From contig CAWJKV010000016.1 of NCBI GenBank assembly GCA_963843555.1, positions 1 to 64,000 on the forward strand: DNA of 64,000 bases. Direction: 5' to 3'. Shown here in pieces: positions 23,609 to 34,474 of this stretch. Position numbers and translations under genes: made by a program. The stretch comes from an uncultured Methanosarcinales archaeon. GTDB lineage: Archaea > Halobacteriota > Methanosarcinia > Methanotrichales > Methanotrichaceae. Each line of letters begins with the position of its first letter. The first letter of the stretch is position 1. The notes under the pieces are model-generated. The model saw only the letters and a program-made list of their open reading frames with translations, was not told where the DNA came from and searched no databases.

Positions 23609-23995
23609 AATCGTCACCATATTTTTCTTGTCACAAATACTTAATCATATAAATAATTTGTTTTGAAACGCAATGTCTTTTAATTTTACTAATTTAGACT
23701 AATACTTTAGATAATAAGTCAAAAAGCAATCGTCATTTACATTTAGATGGTTAAAGGAGCTAAGCGATAGTACATTAGGAATTTATAATTGTACGGATTT
23801 CCGGGAGATCATTAACGAGATCAAATATAAACGGTCATTTTGGGTGCTTTTGCCGGAGGAAGTCCAAGATCGAATTAAATAATTAATTTATAGAGAATAA
23901 TTTAGTATTCTGATATAAATTTTTTTATAATCAAATTATTTGCGTATCTGGATTGATCCCAACTTAGATATATTTCCCAAAGCCATTGTCTCATC

Positions 23996-24544
23996 ATGAT
24001 ACCCATCGAGATTTGCGAGAAGGATCTCAGTGAGCTGACCAAAACCGAGGTTAGCAACCTCCCAGGCTCCCTCTTTGCAGGGACAAGTCCTCTTCTCAAG
24101 CCTTTTATGAAGAAGCTGGAAGCGCTTCTTCCCCCGGAAAACAAGGGACTGGGTGACAGCTATGTCCTTTATGCGCTACATTCCCATATCGATGAGGTGC
24201 ACGCTGACGAAAACCAGATAATCGTCAAGAGCGGCGAGACCGTGGTGGAGATTCTTCGCGAAGAGCTGGGTGAGCTGATGGGTGAGAGATATCCTACCAC
24301 AAGCCATCATCGCCTCAACCTGCCCGGCCTTCTGTTCCTGCAAAGTGGCCCCGCGCTGCAGACAGCCAGCGCTATACTCCTGCGCCGGGAGCATAAGCTG
24401 CGCATCCCAGACGGGCGCAGGACTATGCGCTATATCTTTCACTTGGGCGTCGTCTCATTGGACGCCAATAAAGAAAAGATAATCGTAAGCTTTGATCCAG
24501 AAAGGCTGCCCAAGAAGGGGGACGGCACCTCTGTGCTGGAATAG
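23996..24544 (+). CDS. Hypothetical protein
   Basis: 182-aa ORF after an AT-rich intergenic region. Confidence 0.7.
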   Translation: MIPIEICEKDLSELTKTEVSNLPGSLFAGTSPLLKPFMKKLEALLPPENKGLGDSYVLYALHSHIDEVHADENQIIVKSGETVVEILREELGELMGERYPTTSHHRLNLPGLLFLQSGPALQTASAILLRREHKLRIPDGRRTMRYIFHLGVVSLDANKEKIIVSFDPERLPKKGDGTSVLE

Positions 24545-24693
24545 GACAAAACAGTTTTTTTATCCAGGAAATCCGATCTCAAATTGAGGCTTTGGATCCC
24601 GAGCGCTCGGCAGCCCTTGGTGAACTCCAGGGCAGGGGAGAAAATTCCCCGGAGCCACAGAGTTCATAGACTGCGAGAGTTCATTTCTATTGT

Positions 24694-25869
24694 TTAGACC
24701 ACCAGGTGGCGCAGATCCCACAGCAATTTCGGATTCAGCCTAAAGAGGACGCGCATCATAGCGGGCAGATCCATCTTGGAGATGTCCTCCTTCGCGAGGG
24801 AGCCGATGAGCATGTTGAGATCTTTATCGTTAAGCTTTACGAAGAACTCTTTGAGCTCCAGGCTGTGAGCTAGATGCCGGCCGATGCCCCCTCGCCAACG
24901 GTCTTCATACTCCTTCAGTCCCGCTCGACTGACATTGCCCGAGGCAATAGCTTTCGCCGCCACTTCTCCTGCGATGGTTCCTGCCTCCATGGCGTTCAAG
25001 ATGCCTCCGCCCGTAAAGGGATCGGTCTGACGGGCAGCATCTCCCACCAGCATCACGCCATCCGAGGTTGTGGATTCGATGATGCCTGAGCAGGGGTCTC
25101 CTCCCACTACCATCTCCACCACTTTGCCGTTGGGGAAGTGAGATTTCATGAATTCGTGCAGGAGGCGGGTCGCTTCTCCGGGCTTGGACCGGGAGCCCTG
25201 GATTCCCAGGCCGATATTGGCCAGCTTTTCACCCTTGGGAAAAGACCAGGCGTAACCTGATGGAGCGATCGCATTTCCCATGAAGAACTCGGTGTACTCA
25301 TCATCGATGCTTGGATCGGATACCAGGAACTGGGCGCAGGACTCGATGTCCTCCAGCTTAAGCGTGGTATCGATGCCCGCCCAGCGCCCTACCTTGGATT
25401 CAACTCCGTCAGCGCCGATGATAACTGGCGCCTCAATTTGCAGAGGCTCGCCTATGCGCATGGCAGAGACGCCACAGGGCACTCCGTCCTTTTTAAGAAG
25501 TCCAAGTGCCCGGGTTTTGACCATGACCTTTGCGCCCGCGCGGGCGGCTAGCATGGCCAGGCCGCGGTCGAAGACCTTCCTCTCCAGGACATAGCCTACC
25601 TCGCCGCCACTCCGGTTCTCGGACATGACGATGCTCTTTCCATCTGGAGCATAGATCCTGGCGCCCTTCACCTCAGAGGCTATCCACTCGGGCTCGGGTT
25701 TCACCATTTTGCATAGAGTCCTCTTGCTCACGCCCTCAGCGCAGCGCACGGGATCACCGATCTCCTGGCGCTTCTCCAGCAGGACTACATTCAGGCCCGC
25801 ATCCGCTGCTGTCTTTGCAGCCATCGATCCACCCGGCCCGGCTCCGACAATTATCACATCGCACTTCAT
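24694..25869 (-). CDS. Digeranylgeranylglycerophospholipid (geranylgeranyl) reductase
   Basis: VGAGPGGS, PVRCAEG, GADGVES, GYAWSFPKG, VGDAA..DPFTGGGI. Confidence 0.93.
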   Translation of the reverse strand: MKCDVIIVGAGPGGSMAAKTAADAGLNVVLLEKRQEIGDPVRCAEGVSKRTLCKMVKPEPEWIASEVKGARIYAPDGKSIVMSENRSGGEVGYVLERKVFDRGLAMLAARAGAKVMVKTRALGLLKKDGVPCGVSAMRIGEPLQIEAPVIIGADGVESKVGRWAGIDTTLKLEDIESCAQFLVSDPSIDDEYTEFFMGNAIAPSGYAWSFPKGEKLANIGLGIQGSRSKPGEATRLLHEFMKSHFPNGKVVEMVVGGDPCSGIIESTTSDGVMLVGDAARQTDPFTGGGILNAMEAGTIAGEVAAKAIASGNVSRAGLKEYEDRWRGGIGRHLAHSLELKEFFVKLNDKDLNMLIGSLAKEDISKMDLPAMMRVLFRLNPKLLWDLRHLVV

Positions 25870-26036
25870 GCCTTGACCTCCAGGGCTCCCACTGGGCATA
25901 TCTTGGTGCAGATGCCGCACTCTTTACAGTCTGCCGAGACCTCTAGCCAGGTCTCCACCAGCTCCAGGGCACATGTCGGGCAGACACCGACGCAGGCACC
26001 ACAGTAGCAGCATTTGTATCTGTTGACGGTAAGCAA
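25866..26036 (-). CDS. 2x[4Fe-4S] ferredoxin
   Basis: CCYCGACVGVCP and CKECGICTKICP. Confidence 0.9.
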   Translation of the reverse strand: MLTVNRYKCCYCGACVGVCPTCALELVETWLEVSADCKECGICTKICPVGALEVKA

Positions 26037-26096
26037 GAGATCACATCCTGATAAATAATCGCAATGATAAATTGATTTCAATATCTAATTTCATAA

Positions 26097-26366
26097 TTAA
26101 TATTCTATTTCAAAATCCTCATAGCCTTTGCACTCCAGCTCGGAGAACTCCATTCCCAGGATTATGGCTCCTGATGGACCCGACTTCATGGCTTTGAGCA
26201 ATTCTCCCACCTGTTTCCTCTCTCCTTCCAGCACAGCCTCCACTCCGCCACTGGGAATGTTTCTTACCCAGCCTTTGACGCCCAGAGCTTTAGCCCGATC
26301 GGTGGTAAAAGCCCGGTAGTAGACCCCCTGCACTCTGCCCGAGACTCGAACGTGCACGGCTATCAT
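26097..26366 (-). CDS. acyP: Acylphosphatase
   Basis: VSGRVQGVYYR, GWVRN. Confidence 0.93.
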   Translation of the reverse strand: MIAVHVRVSGRVQGVYYRAFTTDRAKALGVKGWVRNIPSGGVEAVLEGERKQVGELLKAMKSGPSGAIILGMEFSELECKGYEDFEIEY

Positions 26367-27031
26367 TTTTCGGCTCCGCTCACCAGATCTTCCAGGGCTT
26401 TCCGCTGATCTTTGGCCTTGATGATTCCCGACGCGAGCAGCACGCCCATCGAGCCCAGCTCCAGAGCACTTCTCAGATCCTCACCATGTGTTATTCCCGC
26501 CCCGCAGAGCACACCCACATTGGGAGCGATGTGCTTGACAGCATCAACAGAATCGCGAATTACACTGGGGTTGGCTTTGGAGACGGGAATGCCGCTGCCT
26601 ATCAATTCCGGCGGTTCCACGGCCACATAGTCCGGCTCCAATGCGGCCGAGGCCTTCGTTGTGGCCACGTTGTTGGTGCAGACTATCGTCTTTAGGCCGG
26701 CATCGCGGCATCCAGAGATGGAGGCTTCGATCTCGGCGAGCTTCAATCTCCTCTCAGAGTGGTTAATGAGAGATCCGCTAGCACCGGCCGCCTTCAGAGA
26801 CGCGGCTGTCACATGGCCCGTAAATCCGCCGTATCCGACGCCATCTACATGCTGTGCATAGACTGGTATTTTCACCGCTTCGGATATGACATGGATGTCG
26901 GCCACCTGAGGTACCACTACCATCTGCACAGAATAATCCCTGGAAATATCCTCGCAGATCTCCGCCAGGCGCAGAGCCTCCTGGCCTGTGGATTCACGAT
27001 AGGTCTTGAAGTTGAGCACAATTAAGGTCAT
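26363..27031 (-). CDS. tpiA: Triosephosphate isomerase (archaeal type)
   Basis: NFKTY, NHSERR, AVEPPELIGSG, LCGAGI. Confidence 0.96.
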   Translation of the reverse strand: MTLIVLNFKTYRESTGQEALRLAEICEDISRDYSVQMVVVPQVADIHVISEAVKIPVYAQHVDGVGYGGFTGHVTAASLKAAGASGSLINHSERRLKLAEIEASISGCRDAGLKTIVCTNNVATTKASAALEPDYVAVEPPELIGSGIPVSKANPSVIRDSVDAVKHIAPNVGVLCGAGITHGEDLRSALELGSMGVLLASGIIKAKDQRKALEDLVSGAEK

Positions 27032-27058
27032 AATCTCCCTCGCCAGACCTCTGTAACT

Positions 27059-27562
27059 TCAGTGAACATATATATTTTGGCTGCATTCTGCTTGCAGTTC
27101 ATTGTAGCACTTTTCATAAACCGCGGCGGAGATGCATTCTCCGCATGAGATCATCCTTACGGTTCCCTGGAAGATAAAAGCAATCATCGGCAGCATGCCC
27201 TTCTCTTCTCTATGTATCATATGATAAAGCAGGCCTTCAGACTGGGAATAGTCCAGCAACACCCGTTCCAAATCCGTATGGCTCAAGAGGAAGCTCTCCA
27301 GAATGGGCCGGCTTTTCTGGCAGATAACGCAGTCTTTTTTGCCGATGAAGAGCAGCACCGCCTTCTCTTTGTCGTGAATGGCTTCTGCCAGCCTGAGAGC
27401 CGGTCCATAGGTATCCTTCAAGAAGGAATCCACAACGCCTTCCACCTCATTCAGCGGAACTCCATACTTCTCAGCCAGCTCCTGGGCGAGTTGTTCCTGT
27501 TTCCAGGTCATGAATCCCTGCGCCTGGATATTGAGATCCATGGATGGTGCTGTTTTATTCAT
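27059..27562 (-). CDS. Thioredoxin-fold protein
   Basis: CVIC motif after a beta strand; LP.IAFIF. Confidence 0.6.
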   Translation of the reverse strand: MNKTAPSMDLNIQAQGFMTWKQEQLAQELAEKYGVPLNEVEGVVDSFLKDTYGPALRLAEAIHDKEKAVLLFIGKKDCVICQKSRPILESFLLSHTDLERVLLDYSQSEGLLYHMIHREEKGMLPMIAFIFQGTVRMISCGECISAAVYEKCYNELQAECSQNIYVH

Positions 27563-27591
27563 TCCTTAAATTGGTAATGGACATGATTTGG

Positions 27592-28140
27592 TTAGAGATC
27601 ATGAATTACCTTCACTCTCAGCTTTGAGAAGTCCTCTTTGATCTCCACCATAAATCCCATGCCTGCAAAGATCTCCTCCAGTTCTATGCGCACGAATTTC
27701 TTGGGTGCATCTGATCCGAAAATTAGAGTAAACTCATTATTGCCGGTCTTGCTCATCGTGAAGAGGTTGCATATCTCCAACCGTCGAAGGATGCTCTCTG
27801 CGTTGAAGAGCTTGTGTTTGAACTGCTCGGCATGGGCCCTGCAAACTTCCTTATGTAGGTTCCAGAACTTCTCTTTATTAGGGTGAGTCTCAATAAAGCT
27901 CAGGAAGAGTATCCAATGATCTATATCCAGGATCACATGCTCGCCTGCTGAGAGCATTTCCGCATGGGTGTAGACCATCTTATCTTCGGCTGACTCAAAG
28001 AGCATCTTATGCTTGCCAAAGAACTTCAAAGACTCCCGCATCAGTTCGCTCTGTGACATGCCCGAGTCCTCTTTCATCTTCTTGAACAGGCCTGCTGTCT
28101 CTTCGTCGAGAGCTATGGTAATCCTTTCCGGCGACTTCAT
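27592..28140 (-). CDS. Ribbon-helix-helix (CopG) regulator
   Basis: RITIALD...MSQSELMRESL. Confidence 0.8.
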   Translation of the reverse strand: MKSPERITIALDEETAGLFKKMKEDSGMSQSELMRESLKFFGKHKMLFESAEDKMVYTHAEMLSAGEHVILDIDHWILFLSFIETHPNKEKFWNLHKEVCRAHAEQFKHKLFNAESILRRLEICNLFTMSKTGNNEFTLIFGSDAPKKFVRIELEEIFAGMGFMVEIKEDFSKLRVKVIHDL

Positions 28141-28512
28141 TTCATCCTCAGCTTTTCTCTCCCACGCGATATAATTAAGCTTATGCTATATTACCTTTTT
28201 CTGGCATTATCTTTTTATACCGATGCCGGAAGATGCATTCCGCTTCTATGATGACAGATGGCAATATCGTCGCACCCCCCCCCGATAGTTCCATGCAGAC
28301 CGATATTGTTATATTCAAAAGAGAAGTGACTCTAAGTCATGGACGCGTGGATGAAGGATAAAAATAGGTATTGTGAAAAGGATAGAGAAAAGCTGGAAAA
28401 GGGGTCGGGTTTTGTCAAGGTCTGGACGCTGGTCAGCAACTGGGTCTACAGGGTTTTATCCTGGTAATACCCGGAAAACTTTTAACTTTTGTATTGCCGC
28501 TATCGTTTCAGT

Positions 28513-29586
28513 TTATTCTATAATCGCAATTAGCGCGGCCGCTCTCTTCTTTAATTGAGCCAGAACCAGATCTCGATCAGATCGTTCCGCCAGAATAGAG
28601 AGGATAGGATCGTCTCTGGCAATTCGCGTTCCCGGCCGTGGTACATCTGATGTCCAGGGCCTGGAAAGGTCCGACTTGACTTCTATTTCGCGGGAAGCAT
28701 AGATTATGGCTCTGCCGGCAAAGCAGCGGGCTCTGGCCCTGCCGGGCAGTCTTCCCTGGAAGGACTGCAGATGAGCCTGGAAGACATTCTGCCCCGTGGC
28801 CATCTCCACGGTATCCAGACTCCCCTGAAAGCGGCTATTGACCTCAACCACAACGGGCCCGGAGTCTGTAAGCAGGAAATCGACTCCATTGCTGCCCACA
28901 AGGCCCAGCCTTGCGATTATCTCCTCCGCCATCCCGGCAATCTCGCATTGCGGAGAGGCGAGAGGAGTGATGTTTCCACTGTACCTGAAACCTCTGGCTC
29001 CCGTCCAGCTCTCGCCTATGAGCTGCTCGTTGACGGCCAGGGCACGCGCGCCGCTGCCATTCCCGATGACCGAGACGCTTGCGGCTCTGCCCGAGATAAG
29101 CTCCTGGGCGATCAGACCCTCCTCCCATAACAGATCGGAGGGGTCCTCCACTCTTCTGCAGCCCACGCCTCCTGCACCCCGGCGCGGCTTGACAATGAAG
29201 GGAGTTCGAAGATCCTCTACGGAATGCATCTCCTCGGCCGAAGCATACGTTTTTATGAAGGGAAAGCCGGACTTTTCCAGCCAGCGAGCCAGCCAGAGCT
29301 TATCCGAGACCTGGGATGTCTTTTCCGGCGAATTGTTCAGCACAGGAACTCCTTTGACGTGAGCCTCTTCCAGGCCCGGTCCGAGGACGACAGCTTCCGG
29401 ATGGAACTTTTCAATATATCCAGAAAGGAATTCATCCGCCCTTTCGCGCGGAAGCCGGGCCGTCTCTTTTGCACATCTCTCCAGGTCAAGGTCCTCGTAG
29501 CAATCGACGGCGAAAACCTCATGGCCAGCCCGGCTGGCAGAGCATGCAATATGCCGGATGTTGATACCGATTAAAAGTATTCTCAT
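28513..29586 (-). CDS. ATP-grasp domain protein
   Basis: DKLW, VKPRRGAGG, QELISG, GVDF, EVNSRFQGS. Confidence 0.88.
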   Translation of the reverse strand: MRILLIGINIRHIACSASRAGHEVFAVDCYEDLDLERCAKETARLPRERADEFLSGYIEKFHPEAVVLGPGLEEAHVKGVPVLNNSPEKTSQVSDKLWLARWLEKSGFPFIKTYASAEEMHSVEDLRTPFIVKPRRGAGGVGCRRVEDPSDLLWEEGLIAQELISGRAASVSVIGNGSGARALAVNEQLIGESWTGARGFRYSGNITPLASPQCEIAGMAEEIIARLGLVGSNGVDFLLTDSGPVVVEVNSRFQGSLDTVEMATGQNVFQAHLQSFQGRLPGRARARCFAGRAIIYASREIEVKSDLSRPWTSDVPRPGTRIARDDPILSILAERSDRDLVLAQLKKRAAALIAIIE

Positions 29587-29597
29587 TTCTATCTATT

Positions 29598-30143
29598 TCA
29601 TTCCGGGTACAAAACCTGCTTTCCTCGGGGTGTGGGCACAATCTTGAGGCCCCCCTCAAACTCCTCACAAAGCTCCCGGCCCTGGAAGAGCCGGTCCAGG
29701 AAGACCGCCAGCGCCGCCACCTCGGAATGAGGCTGATTGCCGACGGCCACATTCCAGTCTGCCAGATCGTACATTTCCGCCGGAACCTTCTCCGCCCCCA
29801 CCACGACCAGGATATTCTCACTAGCCCGAATCTCGTCGATCACATCGGGCAGATTCGAACCGTACATGGTGAGGTGAACAACCTTCCCTCCCGATTCTTT
29901 CCAGCGAACTGTCTCTCCCTTCCAGGAGACATCAGGAGTGAGGCGAAAGTCTCCTCCCCAACGCTTTGCCACATCATTCAGGCTCTCTTCCACATGGGCA
30001 TCGCGACCGCAGAGAAGCATCTCTTCGGCTCCAAAGGCCCGGGCTACGAGTCCCACGTGGGTGGTGATTCTCTTGTCTCGCTCCGGCCGGTGCCCCAGAC
30101 GCAAAATCACTACTCGCACGAGCCCCAAGAATATGCCACCCAT
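29598..30143 (-). CDS. tRNA (cytidine(56)-2'-O)-methyltransferase (aTrm56)
   Basis: RLGHRPERDKRITTHV, HLTMYG, VGAEKVP, NQPHSEVAAL. Confidence 0.94.
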   Translation of the reverse strand: MGGIFLGLVRVVILRLGHRPERDKRITTHVGLVARAFGAEEMLLCGRDAHVEESLNDVAKRWGGDFRLTPDVSWKGETVRWKESGGKVVHLTMYGSNLPDVIDEIRASENILVVVGAEKVPAEMYDLADWNVAVGNQPHSEVAALAVFLDRLFQGRELCEEFEGGLKIVPTPRGKQVLYPE

Positions 30144-30198
30144 TATTTAGAACCTCCTTCCCGAAGCTATAAATTCCAATGAAGCTTTTCCGGGAGAG

Positions 30199-32334
30199 AT
30201 GAATCTGTGTGAGAAGTGTCAGGGCCTGGGCTACCTCGTGGTAGGAGAGACGCCCTGTCCCAACTGCAGCGGCAGCGGAAAGACCGAGTCCATCTCTTTG
30301 GGCGAGGCTTCGGATAAGGATATGAAGTCTCTAATTGAGAGCGGCTCCACAAAATGCAGCGTCTGCCAGGGCTCGGGCAAGATGCCGGTCACAGAAAGCT
30401 GCCAGGCTTGCGTGGGCCTGGGACGCGATTATCTATGCCTTGTCTGCAAGACAAAGCTGAACAGCAAGAAGGAGCTGTGCGAGCGCTGTTCCAAGAAGCC
30501 GCTCGTCCATGTCCTGGATCCAGCCTGCGATGTCAGAGATATCGTTGTGGGCGAGATATATCAGGGGAAGGTCTCGGGGCTGGCCAACTTTGGGGCCTTT
30601 GTGGATCTCACTGAGAGCGTGAGGGGCCTTGCCCATAACAAATACTTGAAGACAAGACCTGAGCCTGGCGATACGATATTCGTAACGGTAAGAAATATTC
30701 TGCCCAATGGCAATATTGAGCTCGAACCTGCGGAGCTCAAGGAGTACAATATCGTTGAGGTGGAGAAAGAGCTTCCCCTATCCAAAGCCGCCGATCTGCA
30801 GAGCCAGGTGGGCAAGACGATCATGATCAAGGGGGAGGTCATCCAGGTCAAACAGACTGGCGGGCCGACCATCTTCACTGTCGCGGATGACAGTGGCCTT
30901 GTCTTTTGCGCAGCCTTCGAGCGCGCCGGAGTGCGCGCGTATGCGGACATCGACAGCGAGATGATGGTGCGGGTCCTCGGTGAAGTCACCTTGCGCAACA
31001 ATCAGGTTCAGATCGAGATCAAATCCATGAAACGCCTCTGGGGAGGCGACGCATCTGGGGTCAAAGAGCTGATTGAGCAGGCTATAGACCGTCGCGCCGA
31101 GCCCTCTGAGACCCAGTTTCTGGTCAAGAGCGATATCATGACCCGTCTGCGGCCGGCCATGAAGGCGGTGGCCAAGGAGATTCGCCGTGCCGTCCTCAAG
31201 TCCCGGCCCATTGTGGTCCGCCACCACGCCGATGCCGACGGTATCACGGCTGCAGTAGCCATAGAGATGGCCATACTGCCGCTAATAGCGGAGGTGAGCG
31301 GCCCTGATGCCGAGTACCACAATTACCGTCGCGCCCCCAGCAAAGCCCCCTTTTATGAGCTGGAGGACGTGACCAAGGATCTGACCTACGCCCTGGAGGA
31401 CCAGACCCGACACGGGCAGAAGATGCCGCTCATTGTCTTGATGGATAACGGCTCCACGGAAGAGGATGTCCCGGCCATGCGACAGGCCCAGGTCTACGGA
31501 CTGGAGATGCTGGTCGTAGATCACCACCATCCCCACAAGATCGTGGACCAATTCCTCATCGCTCATGTCAATCCGGCGCATGCAGGGGGCGACTTCGGAC
31601 TTACCACCGGAATGCTGGCCACAGAGATCGCCCGCATGATCCATCCCGAGGTCGAGAACAAGATCCGGCATTTTCCTGCCGTGTCTGCTGTAGGCGACCG
31701 CAGCGAAGCGCCGGAGGCGGAGAGCTACATCAAACTGGTTGAAGATAAGTACCGCAAAGAGGATCTCAAGAAGATCGCCCTGGCCCTGGATTATGAAGCC
31801 TTCTGGCAGCGTTTCAACGACGGGCGGGGCCTGATAAACGATATTCTCTGTCTGGGCAGGCTGGACCGGCATCAGAAGATAGTCGAGCTTCTCTGCGAAC
31901 AGGCCAATGCCGCCATAGATGAGCAGCTGCGGGCCACCATGGGCAATGTGAAGAGCACCAAGCTTCCTAACGGCATTATCATGAACGTTCTGGATGTGGA
32001 GAACTTCGCCCACAAGTTCACCTTCCCGCCCCCTGGCAAGACCTCGGGCGAGGTGCATGACCGGCTCTGCCAGAAGTATGCCGGAAAGCCTGTGGTCACC
32101 ATCGGCTACGGCCCGGACTTTGCCGTGCTGCGCAGTCGCGCTGTCAGGATGAATATCCCCCAAATGGTCAAGGAGCTCATGGAGGAGATTCCCAATGGCG
32201 GCGTCTCCGGCGGAGGCCACCTGGTCGTCGGGTCGATCAAGTTCGTGGGCGGAATGCGAAAAGATGTGCTGGCGAAGCTCGCCGAGAAGATTGCCGCCTG
32301 CGGAGTGGATGAGGTTCCCGTTAAAGCGGGCTGA
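30199..32334 (+). CDS. RecJ-like DHH phosphoesterase with DnaJ-type Zn finger and S1/OB domains
   Basis: CxxCxGxG repeats, FGAFVDL, HHADADG, VDHHH, GGGH. Confidence 0.9.
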   Translation: MNLCEKCQGLGYLVVGETPCPNCSGSGKTESISLGEASDKDMKSLIESGSTKCSVCQGSGKMPVTESCQACVGLGRDYLCLVCKTKLNSKKELCERCSKKPLVHVLDPACDVRDIVVGEIYQGKVSGLANFGAFVDLTESVRGLAHNKYLKTRPEPGDTIFVTVRNILPNGNIELEPAELKEYNIVEVEKELPLSKAADLQSQVGKTIMIKGEVIQVKQTGGPTIFTVADDSGLVFCAAFERAGVRAYADIDSEMMVRVLGEVTLRNNQVQIEIKSMKRLWGGDASGVKELIEQAIDRRAEPSETQFLVKSDIMTRLRPAMKAVAKEIRRAVLKSRPIVVRHHADADGITAAVAIEMAILPLIAEVSGPDAEYHNYRRAPSKAPFYELEDVTKDLTYALEDQTRHGQKMPLIVLMDNGSTEEDVPAMRQAQVYGLEMLVVDHHHPHKIVDQFLIAHVNPAHAGGDFGLTTGMLATEIARMIHPEVENKIRHFPAVSAVGDRSEAPEAESYIKLVEDKYRKEDLKKIALALDYEAFWQRFNDGRGLINDILCLGRLDRHQKIVELLCEQANAAIDEQLRATMGNVKSTKLPNGIIMNVLDVENFAHKFTFPPPGKTSGEVHDRLCQKYAGKPVVTIGYGPDFAVLRSRAVRMNIPQMVKELMEEIPNGGVSGGGHLVVGSIKFVGGMRKDVLAKLAEKIAACGVDEVPVKAG

Positions 32335-32444
32335 GACGACTGGATAATAAATCTCTGTCGTCTTCTCTTTTAACTCACAACAAAATTTTAAATATTAAAT
32401 GTGGAGCATAATTGATTAAAGACTAATTGGAGGTGAGAATCTCT

Positions 32445-32534
32445 ATGGCCATGAAATTCAAACTGATTGGCCTGTTGCTGGCAGCAATGGCAACGACCAC
32501 AACAGTTCTTGCCGTAGTTGTAGTCAAGAGATAA
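32445..32534 (+). CDS. Putative 29-aa hydrophobic small protein
   Basis: GGAGGTGA RBS, then MAMKFKLIGLLLAAMATTTTVLAVVVVKR. Confidence 0.4.
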   Translation: MAMKFKLIGLLLAAMATTTTVLAVVVVKR

Positions 32535-32581
32535 GCCGCTGAAAGATAAATTACCTGATGATCTGGAAAACAGGCATTCTA

Positions 32582-32791
32582 TCAATCGGTCGCAATCATC
32601 ACATTGGTGGCTTTTATTACTACATAGACATCTTTTCCCTCTGACAGACCCAGGGTTTCGGCTGAGGTCCTGGTGATTACTGAGACTATTGTGTCGCCTC
32701 CGGGCAACCGGACGGCGACTTCAGTGCTAACCGGACCCGTGACAATGCCGTGTATTGTTCCTTTCAGGATATTGCGCGCGCTGATCTTCAT
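32582..32791 (-). CDS. TOBE/Mop molybdate-binding protein
   Basis: MKISARNILKGT..SVIT..S...LGL..G..V...IKAT.V. Confidence 0.92.
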   Translation of the reverse strand: MKISARNILKGTIHGIVTGPVSTEVAVRLPGGDTIVSVITRTSAETLGLSEGKDVYVVIKATNVMIATD

Positions 32792-32928
32792 AGCTATGGC
32801 CTCTCAATTTATGTAAGAATGCATATATGTAAGAATGCATAATACAAGAATGTATGCGATGATTTGCAGGGATAAATGCCCGAGGATCTCCAACTGCAAA
32901 ATTCTCGCCGGAATAGATGTGCCAGGCT

Positions 32929-33584
32929 TTACATCTGCACTTTATCCGGAGAAGTTGTGCCGGCTTTCAGGAGGCCCAGGAGCATCTCTACATTCTTCTG
33001 AAAATCATCCAGGCTGCCGTCATTTACAAGCTTCATGTCCGCGGCTTTTATGGCTTCACACATGCCCCATCCCATCTCCCGGCATTCCCGCTGCTCGATA
33101 GCAGCTGCCGCAATGGCTGTCCGGCTCAAAACAGGAGGAGATGATCTTGGCATCCTCATCTGTACCCCATGCAATCGTTTGCCGTGCCCTTGCCCGGATC
33201 GTCGGGACGGCCCCGCGCAGCCAGCCATCTCATTCGCGCTGTCCACTGGTGCGCGAGACCTCTACCAGATGAAACTCATCGGCATGATTGCGAAAGAAGT
33301 CCGCTTCAACCCTTGAGCGCAGACCATCTACCACTACCACATCCTTTCCCGTGGCCATGATGCTCTCCAATGTCCTTTTGGCAATAGCATCAGGGCCCTC
33401 ATGTGGCCCGCAGGGCATTGCCGATGCGCCCCAAATTCTGGTCGGTAGGCTCCAGGTTCTGTCTGGCTGCTTCCTGGCGGATGACGTCTCCCATGACCAC
33501 CACCGCAAGACCATGACGCCTGGCAATCTGCGAGGCTTCCCCTTTGCCTGAGCCCGGCAGGCCCACAAAACCGATGATCTTCAT
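32929..33584 (-). CDS. UPF0200 P-loop kinase (dephospho-CoA kinase-like), frameshifted
   Basis: GLPGSGKG, MGDVIR, VVDGLRS, RE..WG...AI..AD..LVNDG across 3 ORFs. Confidence 0.8.
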
Positions 33585-33589
33585 CTTTA

Positions 33590-34467
33590 TTCACCGATTC
33601 CTGTCATACAGCGCATTTGATTATCTAGTTTTTCCAGGTTATCTTGGGAGCGGCTCGAATCCGAACCATCAGTTGGATCCCTGTCCCGATCTCGCAAGCT
33701 TTGGCCATCTCCTGCAAGGCCTCTAGTCGAGACCGGCTCAAATCTGGGCTCCCCCTCTCGCGCCAATCCCTGTTGCAGTATCAGGCTTTCCAGGCGATTT
33801 TCCGGATACTTGCCAGCACTTCAGCAGAGCATCGCGGCAATCTTCTACCAACTGGGAGCAGGATGGCATCTCTGGAAAGATGGTGCTGCTTCGTCCAGTG
33901 CCACTCCCCATTTGCAGCAGATCTCAAGGCTCTCCCGCACCCGCGCGGCCACTGCCGCTCTGCCGGTAGCCTTTTCGTAATCCGGCTCCAGAAGAGCTGT
34001 CTTGAGATCGAGGAATACCTTATCCACCAGATCCTTTTGCCAGCAAGCGTCTCCAGCCGGCCGGGAAAGCAGCCCGAGGTCTCCAGGCCCGTGGCCAGAT
34101 GCAGGCTTCTGGCCAGACGAAAGAGTCTGGCTACAGGCCTCCAGTCTGGTGCAGCGGCTCGCCTCCGGATAGTACAAAGGCATCGACGAAGGGCTTGCTG
34201 CTTGCCCGCTGTGATGCATCATCAAGGTTGATCTGGGAGTGGAGAGATGTGCCGGGATCCCGGCAGCCAATCGCTACCCCTTTGACCTCAGATACAATGC
34301 GAGACGCGATAACATGAAGATGCGACAATGCTTTCTCCCGTCTGTAGCTTCTGGTTGTGGCAGTGGGGACAGCGCAGAGGGCAGCCTCGCAAGAAGACCA
34401 CCAGAGCGGCTCGTCCCAGCCAGTCCACCGTGGATAGAGGAACAATCCCGCCGAAGTTGACCTTCAA
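33590..34467 (-). CDS. Radical SAM protein (anaerobic RNR-activase-like), frameshifted
   Basis: [40 protein letters not shown]. Confidence 0.8.
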
Positions 34468-34474
34468 CCTTTCC

